From a virus: DNA of 64,000 bases. Under the pieces are notes generated by a model, which did not search any database, was not told where the DNA came from, and was given only the letters and a program-made list of their open reading frames with translations. The stretch is taken from the IMG/VR virus record IMGVR_UViG_3300035491_000322, positions 5,034-69,033 of that record; one strand, written 5' to 3'. Both the position numbers and the translations under genes were made by a program. Positions 56,569 to 64,000 of this stretch are shown piece by piece. Position 1 is the stretch's first letter; each line of letters opens with the position of its first letter.

Positions 56569-56974
56569 GCCCGCCACTCCCCTCCACCAGGTAATCGATC
56601 AGCTCGTGCAGATAGGCGCCCTGGTACATCACCTGCGGCTGTAACAGGCCTTTCAGGTCATAGAGCTTTTCGCTGGCCACGGTGTCGAAGAACGCCTCGC
56701 TCTCCAGCTCCTCGGCCTGGCCCAACTGCGCCAGCAGCTCCCGCGCCAGCGCCGCCCGGCCCGGCTCACTGGCCCGGCTTTCCAGCTCCAGGGTGTCGTG
56801 CAACCGCGCCAGCACCTCACCCATCATCAGGCTCTCGGAATTGGCCGCCATCGACTGCTCCGCCGCGGCAGTCAATTCGTTGCTCACCGTTTGCAGCATC
56901 TCGCCCAGCAGGGCCACCTCTTCCTCAGTGGTGGGCACCGCCAGCGGCTGGCCCATAAATTTCAGCTCTGCCAT
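56558..56974 (-). CDS. Hypothetical phage protein
   Basis: Operon coupling, acidic helical. Confidence 0.6.
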   Translation of the reverse strand: MAELKFMGQPLAVPTTEEEVALLGEMLQTVSNELTAAAEQSMAANSESLMMGEVLARLHDTLELESRASEPGRAALARELLAQLGQAEELESEAFFDTVASEKLYDLKGLLQPQVMYQGAYLHELIDYLVEGSGGHEH

Positions 56975-57516
56975 CACCGCCTCCACAGGTTTTGCAACAG
57001 GGCGTTGGCGCGGCAAACCCGAGCCTCTTCCCGCGCCTCGTTATCCAGGGTTTTGGCCTTGGCAAAACTGCGGCGCGACGGGCTCCCATCCCGCCACACC
57101 CAATACAACCCCGGCCCCCGCTTACGGCAGGCCAACCCCTGCAAAAAGCGGATATTGCGCAACGCCACCTCTGCCGCCCGCTCATCCAGCGCCAGCCACT
57201 CCGCCGCCTGGCCTACCGTTACCTCTCCCCCCTGGGCCAAAGCCCGCCGGGCCAGCAGCTTGGCGCGACTCGGCCGGGCAGCCACCCACCTCAACACCCG
57301 CACCACCCACACATATCCCTTGCCCGCCTCCGCCAACTGATAACAATCCTGCCGCTCGCGGATAAGGCGAAACACCCGCGCCACCGCCGACCGGCTCAGC
57401 GCAAAACGGCGCTGTACCTCCTGGCGCTTTACCGGCCGCCCCTGGCGCAGGCAGTAGCCTGCCACCCGCGCGTGCAACGGCAGCGCTTCCCACTCAGCAC
57501 TGTGCGTCATCATCAA
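56974..57516 (-). CDS. Hypothetical basic protein, possibly tandem wHTH
   Basis: Operon coupling; Arg-rich. Confidence 0.5.
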   Translation of the reverse strand: MMMTHSAEWEALPLHARVAGYCLRQGRPVKRQEVQRRFALSRSAVARVFRLIRERQDCYQLAEAGKGYVWVVRVLRWVAARPSRAKLLARRALAQGGEVTVGQAAEWLALDERAAEVALRNIRFLQGLACRKRGPGLYWVWRDGSPSRRSFAKAKTLDNEAREEARVCRANALLQNLWRR

Positions 57517-57676
57517 TCCCCACCTCGCGCTTCATCCGCTCCAGCTCGTCCCGGCACTCCAACTCCCGATCCCGGTAGGTCCGGGGCAGCGTCACCTCTG
57601 GCTGGCACAGGCCGTACAACGCCAGCCCGGACAACACCAGGGCCGCAATGCCCCACAACAACACGAATACGCTCAT
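57494..57676 (-). CDS. Small N-terminal TM protein
   Basis: 60 aa, hydrophobic N-terminus. Confidence 0.45.
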   Translation of the reverse strand: MSVFVLLWGIAALVLSGLALYGLCQPEVTLPRTYRDRELECRDELERMKREVGIDDDAQC

Positions 57677-58335
57677 CAGACTCTCCCGCGCAGCAGCGCT
57701 TTCAGCTTGGCCACCCCCTGGCGGCCGGTTTGGTGGTAATACTCGGGGGAATGGGTTATTTGCTCCCGGCTGGGCAGCGCCTTGTGCAGCTCGGCTTCCA
57801 GGTCTTCGCCGTTCATCAGCCGGCGCACCAGTTGCTCGTAGGCCTGGGCAAAAACGGGCCGGTATTCCTCGGCGGTGAGGGTTTGCCGCTCGAACCGGGT
57901 GGCCCGGGCCGCCAGCACCACCGCCGGGTGAGAACGGCGCCGGCGGGCCACATCGTCAAACGCCTGGTCAACAGTGGGCAGGCCCAGGCTTTCCGGCGTG
58001 AGTTCGCACCACTTGATGAACATACCCGGGCTGGGGAAAAACGGAATGTCCTGCTGGCGGGCCACCCGCATACCCCGCTCCAGCTGATCACGGCGGGTAC
58101 AATCGGCCTCGACCAGCGCCTTGGTCCACTCCTGGTTCGCCCGTTGCTCCGCCTGCGCGGTGGGAAACGCCTTGCCCCAGGCCGGAAAAATGATTTTCAG
58201 CTGCGCCAGCAAGGTGTTCACTACCCGGGCATCGTGCTCGGTCATGGCCGGGCGGTTGCCGGTGGCTTCCGGCGCCAGCGGGCGGTTCAGCTTATCGGCC
58301 AGTTGGCCCAGACTCTTGGGTTGGCTGTGTCGCAT
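57676..58335 (-). CDS. Replication protein P-like (helicase loader)
   Basis: QLKIIFPAW, EWTKAL, GMRVARQQDIPFFPSPGMFIKWC. Confidence 0.88.
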   Translation of the reverse strand: MRHSQPKSLGQLADKLNRPLAPEATGNRPAMTEHDARVVNTLLAQLKIIFPAWGKAFPTAQAEQRANQEWTKALVEADCTRRDQLERGMRVARQQDIPFFPSPGMFIKWCELTPESLGLPTVDQAFDDVARRRRSHPAVVLAARATRFERQTLTAEEYRPVFAQAYEQLVRRLMNGEDLEAELHKALPSREQITHSPEYYHQTGRQGVAKLKALLRGRV

Positions 58336-58337
58336 GG

Positions 58338-59222
58338 TCAGTACCCCCAATCGCCCTGGGTCCAGGACGTATCATTCTCGTCGTGCCAGTGGGCGCCGCC
58401 GGGCACCGGGCCCTTGTTGCGCCGGGCCTCCAGCGTGTTCCACTGCTTGCGCAGCTTGGATGGGCTCAGAATGTTGGTGCACCAGAACGGGTCTTTGCTG
58501 GCAAAGTCGAACAGGCTGCAAATCTCGTGGTGAGTGCGCTCGTCTATCTCGCGCATCAGGCGCACCGTGTTGGCCCAGTCCGGCCAGTTCGGCTCCCGGC
58601 TGGTGGGCACAATGATCTTGATGCGGTCGAACATCCAGCGCGCGGCCTTCAGGTCGTCGGCAGTGCCCCAGGCCTTGCCGTTGGGGGTAAACACCGCCGC
58701 CTCGGGATGATCGGCCAAAAACGGGTCGGGACTCGCGTCAGCGAGTTGCGACGAAGAGATCTTGTCTTTTGTCTTTTGAATAGTGTCTTTTGTGTGTACC
58801 CGTTTCGGGTAATTACCTGTACCTGTTTCGGGTACAGTTTTTGTACCTGTTTCGGGTACACTGTGCCCGTTTTGGGTACACGTCAGATTCCAGTCAGAAA
58901 CCACCTTGTTTACGCCGATCTTTGTGCCGGTTTTCACCAGCAGTTTCATCGCCAGGAGACTCTGCTTTGCCTTGTTTACCTTGTGTCTCAGCAGCCCGGT
59001 TGCTTCAGCTATCTGGCTATCGCTGATCCTGTCCACGGGCTTGTTGAAGCCATAGGTCTTGCGAATGACGGCCAGCATGACCTTGTACTGGTGCTTCGTC
59101 AGATCAGCCATCACCAGCTCATCCAGCAGCTCGTTCGCAAGCCGGGTATAGCCCTCATCCACATCCGCCACACGGCCTCCTGCTTTGCCCTCGGGCCGGG
59201 CCAGCCGCACCACATTGCTCAT
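58338..59222 (-). CDS. Replication initiator O-like
   Basis: DEGYTRLANELLD, VIRKTYGFNKPVDRIS; C-terminal FWCTNILSPSKLRKQW. Confidence 0.92.
   Translation of the reverse strand: MSNVVRLARPEGKAGGRVADVDEGYTRLANELLDELVMADLTKHQYKVMLAVIRKTYGFNKPVDRISDSQIAEATGLLRHKVNKAKQSLLAMKLLVKTGTKIGVNKVVSDWNLTCTQNGHSVPETGTKTVPETGTGNYPKRVHTKDTIQKTKDKISSSQLADASPDPFLADHPEAAVFTPNGKAWGTADDLKAARWMFDRIKIIVPTSREPNWPDWANTVRLMREIDERTHHEICSLFDFASKDPFWCTNILSPSKLRKQWNTLEARRNKGPVPGGAHWHDENDTSWTQGDWGY
58795..58880. repeat. Replication origin: four 19-bp iterons inside gene O, next to an AT-rich tract
   Basis: TGTACC(C/T)GTTTCGGGTA(C/A) at 58795, 58818, 58842; TGTGCCCGTTTTGGGTACA at 58862; T-rich 58753-58795. Confidence 0.9.
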
Positions 59223-59443
59223 ACCCCACCCCGCTGCCAGTTCGCCAGCATCGCCGCCGCCTGCTCCCGGCTGGCCTCCAGCCACACCCCCATCACCCGC
59301 ACCCGGTAGCGCACCATGCCGGCGCCAAATTGCGCCTTGATGTATGGGCGTACAGTGGCTATGCTTCGAGGTACTTCTGCCCTGAAGTGCTGTATTAAGT
59401 GGCCGCCCCCGCACAGGGCGGCTTTCTTTTGCGCTGCTCTCAT
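59219..59443 (-). CDS. Hypothetical phage protein
   Basis: ATGA overlap with O. Confidence 0.5.
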   Translation of the reverse strand: MRAAQKKAALCGGGHLIQHFRAEVPRSIATVRPYIKAQFGAGMVRYRVRVMGVWLEASREQAAAMLANWQRGGV

Positions 59444-59446
59444 ACC

Positions 59447-59971
59447 TCACCCCACCATCGCTGATACAACTGCATCCAGGCCCGAGCCGCACACCGGCAC
59501 CGCCTGCTCTATCTCCACCCCAATGCGCACGCATTGGGTCTCTATCTCCGCTATCAGCTGGCGCACCCGGCCCACCACCCGCTGGGTGACCCGGCCGCCC
59601 TCGCGCACCGCCACCACCTCGGCACTCAGGGCCCCGGCAGCGGCAGTCAGCGCCAGCGTGTCGTTCACCAGGTTGCCCCGCGCGCCAGCAGCAGGCAGCC
59701 GCACCGCCGCCATGCCCACATCCAGCATCAGGCCCTCTATCAGCCGGGTATTGCCGCTGGCGCGGGTAATGGCCACCAGTTCGTCCACCGTCAGCCGGTG
59801 ATTGCCCTGGTTGGGGTTGAGCTTGTTGCGCAACCGCTGTCCGTTCAGCCCCGCCGCCCGGGCGGTTTGCTCCATGTTCACCTCGGCCGCAAACAGCCGG
59901 TAAGCGGTGGCCATGCCGGGATGTATGGACCTGCCTGAATCAACCGTTGTTCTTGAGTGTTGGTGTGCCAT
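59447..59971 (-). CDS. CII-like regulatory protein
   Basis: LRNKLNPNQGNHRLTVDELVAIT. Confidence 0.8.
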   Translation of the reverse strand: MAHQHSRTTVDSGRSIHPGMATAYRLFAAEVNMEQTARAAGLNGQRLRNKLNPNQGNHRLTVDELVAITRASGNTRLIEGLMLDVGMAAVRLPAAGARGNLVNDTLALTAAAGALSAEVVAVREGGRVTQRVVGRVRQLIAEIETQCVRIGVEIEQAVPVCGSGLDAVVSAMVG

Positions 59972-59978
59972 GATTAAC

Positions 59979-60185
59979 TCATCCGTAAATGTCTGGGCGC
60001 AGCAGCTCACGGGAGACGGCGCCAGCAGTGGCTTTTTCGATATCCTTGGCGAGGGTCGGGCCGGCAGGCCGGCGACCACCAAATACATGTCGCAGGTGAC
60101 CAAGGGTGGCGTTCACCTGGCTGCACAGCTCAGCCCGCTGTTCCGGGGTAAGTGCGCGCCAGAAACCTTGGAGATCATTGGCCAT
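59979..60185 (-). CDS. Cro-like (YdaS-type) HTH regulator
   Basis: LTPEQRAELCSQVNATLGHLRHV..VSRELLRPDIYG; divergent from cI. Confidence 0.88.
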   Translation of the reverse strand: MANDLQGFWRALTPEQRAELCSQVNATLGHLRHVFGGRRPAGPTLAKDIEKATAGAVSRELLRPDIYG

Positions 60186-60200
60186 ATACACCTCACTGAA

Positions 60201-60269
60201 TGGACTTTTACTGTCAACACTATAGATGGACATTTGTGGACTGTCTACACCATGGACAATTAAAGTCCA
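60201..60269. promoter_or_regulatory. OR-like operators TGGAC-N7-GTCCA
   Basis: TGGACTTTTACTGTCAA (60201), TGGAC half-site (60227), TGGACAATTAAAGTCCA (60253); 26-bp spacing. Confidence 0.7.
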
Positions 60270-60302
60270 CGCGGGTGTAATACCCACGGATGGAGGACAT
60301 AG

Positions 60303-60971
60303 ATGAAAACAGCTGCAGATATCAGGCGGGAAAACGTCAGAAGACTGGCCAAGAAGTGGGGTGGTAACAACGCATTCGCTGCCCGCATAGGCCGTGACGC
60401 CAGTCAGGTCAGTCGTTTGATTGGCGACAACGCGTCAGTCAACATCGGCACCCGAGTGGCCAGAGACATCGAAAAATCGCTGAACTTGCCAACGGGATAC
60501 CTGGACAGTGAGCACCTGGAAATGTCCGAAGCCGCCCAGACAGCCTCCCCCCAAGAGCTCGACATCTGCGATCGCCCCATACTGGAGTTGCAGCGCGACA
60601 TTGAAACCGGCAGCGCCATCTTCAAGGTGGTGGGGCACCAGCGGGTGGAAGCTGAACAGCTGGAGATGGTCAACGTACGGCCGCAGGACGTGTGCATTAT
60701 CCAGACCGTGGACGACGGCCTGGGCAGAACCATGGGAACCGGGGTGCGGCTGGCCATCGACCGTAGCAAGCCGCTGGCCGACGGCAAGATTTTCGCCCTG
60801 CGCTACGGCAACCTGCTGCGTATCAGGCTGGTATTTCAAAAGCCGGACGGCGGTCTGTTACTGAAGGCGCTAAACCCGGACTACCCCGAAGAGTTGATCA
60901 GCGCCAGCGAGCGCGCCGAGATGGTGGAAGTGGTTGGCCTGGCATTTATGGCTCTGAACGTACCGCTTTAA
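60303..60971 (+). CDS. CI-like repressor (HTH + degenerate S24 domain)
   Basis: IRRENVRRL..FAARIGRDASQVSRLI..ARDIEKSLNLPTGYLD; S24 fold GKIFAL..NPDYP. Confidence 0.9.
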   Translation: MKTAADIRRENVRRLAKKWGGNNAFAARIGRDASQVSRLIGDNASVNIGTRVARDIEKSLNLPTGYLDSEHLEMSEAAQTASPQELDICDRPILELQRDIETGSAIFKVVGHQRVEAEQLEMVNVRPQDVCIIQTVDDGLGRTMGTGVRLAIDRSKPLADGKIFALRYGNLLRIRLVFQKPDGGLLLKALNPDYPEELISASERAEMVEVVGLAFMALNVPL

Positions 60972-60982
60972 AATGCGTTTTC

Positions 60983-61471
60983 TCAGTCAACCCTGAACAC
61001 CCAGCTTGCCAAGTGAACCCTTGTTTCCTGTTGGTCGATATACCCCATAGGGGTTAACACGCAGGTTACCCCGCTCACTACCTTGTACCCTCCCGTCAGC
61101 ACCCTTGAATGCACATTCAGATTTAGCTCTCGCCGGAAAGGTGTTGACCCTCCCTCCGGGTACTCAACCAGGGTCACCGAATACCCATTCAAGTACGCAC
61201 TGCGAGGATCATGCAGTCTTGGCTTATAAAGCTCGAAGCACTCGCTGATCACCGCCTCTTCAACCGAGTCATTATGATGGGTGCGCCGGGTTGGTGAGCT
61301 TGCCTCGGGTGCCGGCTGGATGATCGGTGGCTTACCTCGTTCTGCATTGTTATCTGTCAGCTGCACGACTTCCCCGCCGGCGCAGGGAATATCCTGAAAG
61401 GTGCCGCCACAATTGTAAATCTGCGCCTGGGCCGGCAGCGCCAGCAACAGCGCCATCCATCGCAATTTCAT
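60983..61471 (-). CDS. Exported protein, DUF4124-like N-terminus
   Basis: Signal peptide, AQIYNCGGTFQDIPC. Confidence 0.6.
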   Translation of the reverse strand: MKLRWMALLLALPAQAQIYNCGGTFQDIPCAGGEVVQLTDNNAERGKPPIIQPAPEASSPTRRTHHNDSVEEAVISECFELYKPRLHDPRSAYLNGYSVTLVEYPEGGSTPFRRELNLNVHSRVLTGGYKVVSGVTCVLTPMGYIDQQETRVHLASWVFRVD

Positions 61472-61497
61472 CCCGCCTCTCCCGCCAAATGGGCCGT

Positions 61498-62409
61498 TCA
61501 ACCAATCAGCGTTTTGGTATGCGCCAGCCACTGCTCTTCATTCAAAATTTGCAAGCCGGTGTTGTGCCTGTCTCGATAATCAACGGCTTTTTCGATCTTC
61601 CGGCCGTGGTTGGAAAACCGCCAGTCACGTGAAGAAAGCGTACCGATCACCAGATAATCCAGCTCACGAACAATTCGCTCTCTGGGCTCGGCCCCAAGCA
61701 TTTCGGCTACTTCATGGCATTTTTTGCGAGTGCCGGAGAGAAAACGACCGGTAAAACAGATAGTGCTGCCCTGCAACTGAATAACCGGGTTCGGCGTTAG
61801 CGGCAGCAGGGTGGCCATACCGTCCGCCACTCCCTCTGCCATGGGTTTGCCAATATATAGATCAATCGCCTCTCTCAGCTGCCGGCGTTCGTCGTCGCTC
61901 ACCCGGCCATCGGCTAGGATATCGGACACCAACTGGTACAGTTCCTTGCCCGGAAAGGTGGTTTTCAGCATGCCGTTCACACTCAGCCACCACTTGAGGT
62001 AAGCCACCTCTTGATCATTCAGTTCAGGATTGGCCAGCACCCCTTTGCACAACCCCTCCAGCAGCGACTTGTCGGACTCTTGGGAATAAAAATCGACACC
62101 GGGTAATTCGGTAAGGGCCTCTATGAACTGGGGTAGCAGCTTGCTGAGGTGCTCCAGCTCTTCGCTTGTGATCACCCCGTCGGCCAGCACCTCTTCAATA
62201 TGGTCACAAAGCTTCGAGAAAGCCCAGTTGTCATCAAGTTGCTTGGCGTCTTTCAGCCAAACGTCGAGATACAGCACTTCCTGCTCATCAATTCTGCTAT
62301 CCGCGACGACACCGTTAAGAATGCCAACCAGGTTGTTCAGCAGCTTGTCACGGTTGCGCTTATAGTTGAACGCCCCGAGCGGCTGCCCATGTTCATCCAG
62401 TTGCTTCAT
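61498..62409 (-). CDS. Two TerB-like helical repeats + C-terminal BRCT domain
   Basis: G..ADSRIDEQEV..L..WL / G..ANPELNDQEV..L.WWL, both followed by LADG; ICFTG..R..A..LGA..LDYLVIG..KIEKA..ILNEEQW. Confidence 0.8.
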   Translation of the reverse strand: MKQLDEHGQPLGAFNYKRNRDKLLNNLVGILNGVVADSRIDEQEVLYLDVWLKDAKQLDDNWAFSKLCDHIEEVLADGVITSEELEHLSKLLPQFIEALTELPGVDFYSQESDKSLLEGLCKGVLANPELNDQEVAYLKWWLSVNGMLKTTFPGKELYQLVSDILADGRVSDDERRQLREAIDLYIGKPMAEGVADGMATLLPLTPNPVIQLQGSTICFTGRFLSGTRKKCHEVAEMLGAEPRERIVRELDYLVIGTLSSRDWRFSNHGRKIEKAVDYRDRHNTGLQILNEEQWLAHTKTLIG

Positions 62410-62582
62410 CGTCCCTGCTCCCTTGTTGTTATACCGCCATCCCTGCCCTGTTTTTTAACCATCTAAATTTAGCACCCACTATCCAAACGGCCAGAATCCA
62501 TTCTCCCGCAAAACTTTAAACCTTTAATTGTCAATAGCTTGTCCACAATATGGACATTTAAGGCACCTACCACCTTGCAATA

Positions 62583-62601
62583 ATGGACTATTACTGTCCA
62601 T
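62583..62601. promoter_or_regulatory. OL-like operator
   Basis: ATGGACTATTACTGTCCAT; further TGGAC half-site at 62551. Confidence 0.75.
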
Positions 62602-62693
62602 AATCATTTCACACCGCCGGAGCAGCCCCGGCTAGCCAGGCAGGCAGCGAAATGCCCGCCCTGACCCCGACGAGGGACCGATCAGCAACATGA

Positions 62694-62762
62694 GTTCTTT
62701 GACGAGAATGCCCGCTTGCGAGCGGGCACCCTAAAGCCGGCTTACGAGCCGGTTTTAGGGTG
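62694..62762 (+). other. boxA-like motif plus two hairpins with identical loop motif in the pL leader
   Basis: GTTCTTTGAC; TGCCCGCT-TGCG-AGCGGGCA; CACCCTAAAGCCGGCT-TACG-AGCCGGTTTTAGGGTG. Confidence 0.6.
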
Positions 62763-62807
62763 TGACTACAACTCGGTCCACAACCACTGCACTGATAGGA
62801 GGCGAGC

Positions 62808-63047
62808 ATGGAACCGCAATTTGAAATGACTCCCTATGGCCAGGGATGGGCATGTTGTTTTGGCGGCGGCAGTGAAAACGACAACCCACACCCCGCTGGC
62901 TCGGCCGATTTTCACGACTGGCAGCAAGGGTATAGGGAGGCTGCAGCGGAAAGCTACGATGAGCACCATCACAGCCTCAACCCGGAGTGGCTAGGCGACG
63001 AGCAATTTTGTCGCACCTGCGGCCGGAAAACCGGCGAGCAGGAATAA
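62808..63047 (+). CDS. Hypothetical early protein
   Basis: AGGAGG RBS; acidic; C-terminal CxxC. Confidence 0.6.
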   Translation: MEPQFEMTPYGQGWACCFGGGSENDNPHPAGSADFHDWQQGYREAAAESYDEHHHSLNPEWLGDEQFCRTCGRKTGEQE

Positions 63048-63163
63048 ATTTACTCTCTTCGCCCGGCCAGCCAGGGCCTACTTTTTGGCATGGGCAAGGG
63101 TTTTCATCGTTTTGACCGAGCGACTGCCCTACCCATATGCCGATATGCACCAGGAGCAACACC

Positions 63164-63442
63164 ATGCCCAAACGAATTATCATCCTGCCCAAGGCCGGCA
63201 TTCACATCGACGCCTATCACGACGACAACGAGCTGCACATTTTCATTGAGAACGTGGGCGGCATCTGGACATGGCCCGAGCATTGCCGGGTAAAGGAACC
63301 AGACAAGGATGAGAGAAGGAAGCGCCACAGCCTGATCATCACCTCACCGAACAGTCGCATGATGGCAGTGCTGTTCATCAATGACCCCACCGAAGCCGAG
63401 CTGCTGGCCGGCGTGCTGGCCGGACTGAAGGAGAGCCAATGA
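63164..63442 (+). CDS. Hypothetical early protein
   Basis: CAGGAG RBS; overlaps the next gene's ATG. Confidence 0.6.
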   Translation: MPKRIIILPKAGIHIDAYHDDNELHIFIENVGGIWTWPEHCRVKEPDKDERRKRHSLIITSPNSRMMAVLFINDPTEAELLAGVLAGLKESQ

Positions 63443-64000
63443 GCAAAGACAACTGGGGCACGCCGCTGCCGGTGTATATGCCCCTGGATGAAGAGTTCAA
63501 CTTTCAGGCCGACCTGTGCGCCAGCGAGTCGAACGCAAAGCATCCCTATTACCTGACGGAGGCCGACAATGCCTTGGGAGATTTAACTCCCAGCAGATTG
63601 GCCTTGTCGGTAATGCCCGGCAGTTACACCTGGTGCAATCCGCCCTACTCCGCCATTGGCCCCTGGGTAGATTTGGCCGCCACCCTTCAGCGTCGCGGCA
63701 TAGGCACCGTGATGTTGGTGATGGCCGACACTTCGGTGGGTTGGTACTACCAGGCCTTGCAGCACTGCAACGAGATCCGCGAGATCGTGGCTGGGCGCCT
63801 GGCCTTTATCAACGCCGCCAGTGGCGAGCCGGTCAGTGGCAATAACAAGGGCTCTCTGCTGCTGATCTTCGACCCCTACGGCAGGCAGGGTAATCCGCGG
63901 CGCAGCTACATCACCCGGGACGAACTGCTAGCCCGAGGACACCAGTTGATGACCGAACCTGGGCACCTGATGGCGCTATATGCGGAGCCCACCCCTGAAT
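63439..64000 (+). CDS. Phage N6-adenine DNA methyltransferase (Dam-phage family), 3' end outside window; missing from ORF track
   Basis: MSKDNWGTPL..DLCASESNAK..WCNPPYS..VMLVMADTSVGWY..GRLAFIN..NNKGS; no stop before the window end. Confidence 0.9.
   Translation, partial: MSKDNWGTPLPVYMPLDEEFNFQADLCASESNAKHPYYLTEADNALGDLTPSRLALSVMPGSYTWCNPPYSAIGPWVDLAATLQRRGIGTVMLVMADTSVGWYYQALQHCNEIREIVAGRLAFINAASGEPVSGNNKGSLLLIFDPYGRQGNPRRSYITRDELLARGHQLMTEPGHLMALYAEPTPE

Larger units (their letters stand above)
26849..64000. mobile_element. Lambdoid (siphovirus-like) prophage; continues beyond the right edge
   Basis: cI/cro/cII/O/P/Q, lysis, Nu1/A terminase, lambda portal, capsid and tail genes in lambdoid order on the minus strand; lambda-like cos. 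Confidence 0.95.

Overview
The window is almost entirely two unrelated prophages lying back to back, joined at a 59-bp 3' fragment of a tRNA-Leu(TAA) gene (26790-26848, minus strand). Left (1-~26790, continuing past the left edge): a P2-family, HP1/K139-type myovirus prophage. It has rep gene A, an AT-rich cargo slot (DUF1778-GNAT toxin-antitoxin pair plus an orphan membrane protein), ogr, portal/terminase/capsid, contractile tail with a -1 frameshift chaperone, a tail fibre with 234-bp tandem repeats, and hicAB next to the att site. Right (~26850-64000, continuing past the right edge): a lambdoid prophage. It has a LexA-boxed umuDC, an unusual tail-tip module, tape measure, a DUF3883 nuclease moron, a ClpP-capsid fusion, lambda-type portal/terminase, a recognisable cosN with a non-lambda 12-nt end, a lysis cassette, pR'/tR', a second hicAB, Q, an antirepressor, O/P with four iterons, cII/cro/cI, a 2xTerB-like+BRCT gene, and a phage adenine methyltransferase at the right edge. 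The best leads are the candidate defence cargo (GNAT TA slot, DUF3883 moron, TerB-like/BRCT protein), a CI repressor whose S24 catalytic Ser/Lys appear replaced, a homologous protein occupying the spanin position in both otherwise spanin-less lysis cassettes, and twin identical-loop hairpins after the leftward promoter. Family assignments come from motif recognition by eye; no database search was run. No host housekeeping genes are visible; the host is probably a GC-rich gammaproteobacterium (inference).
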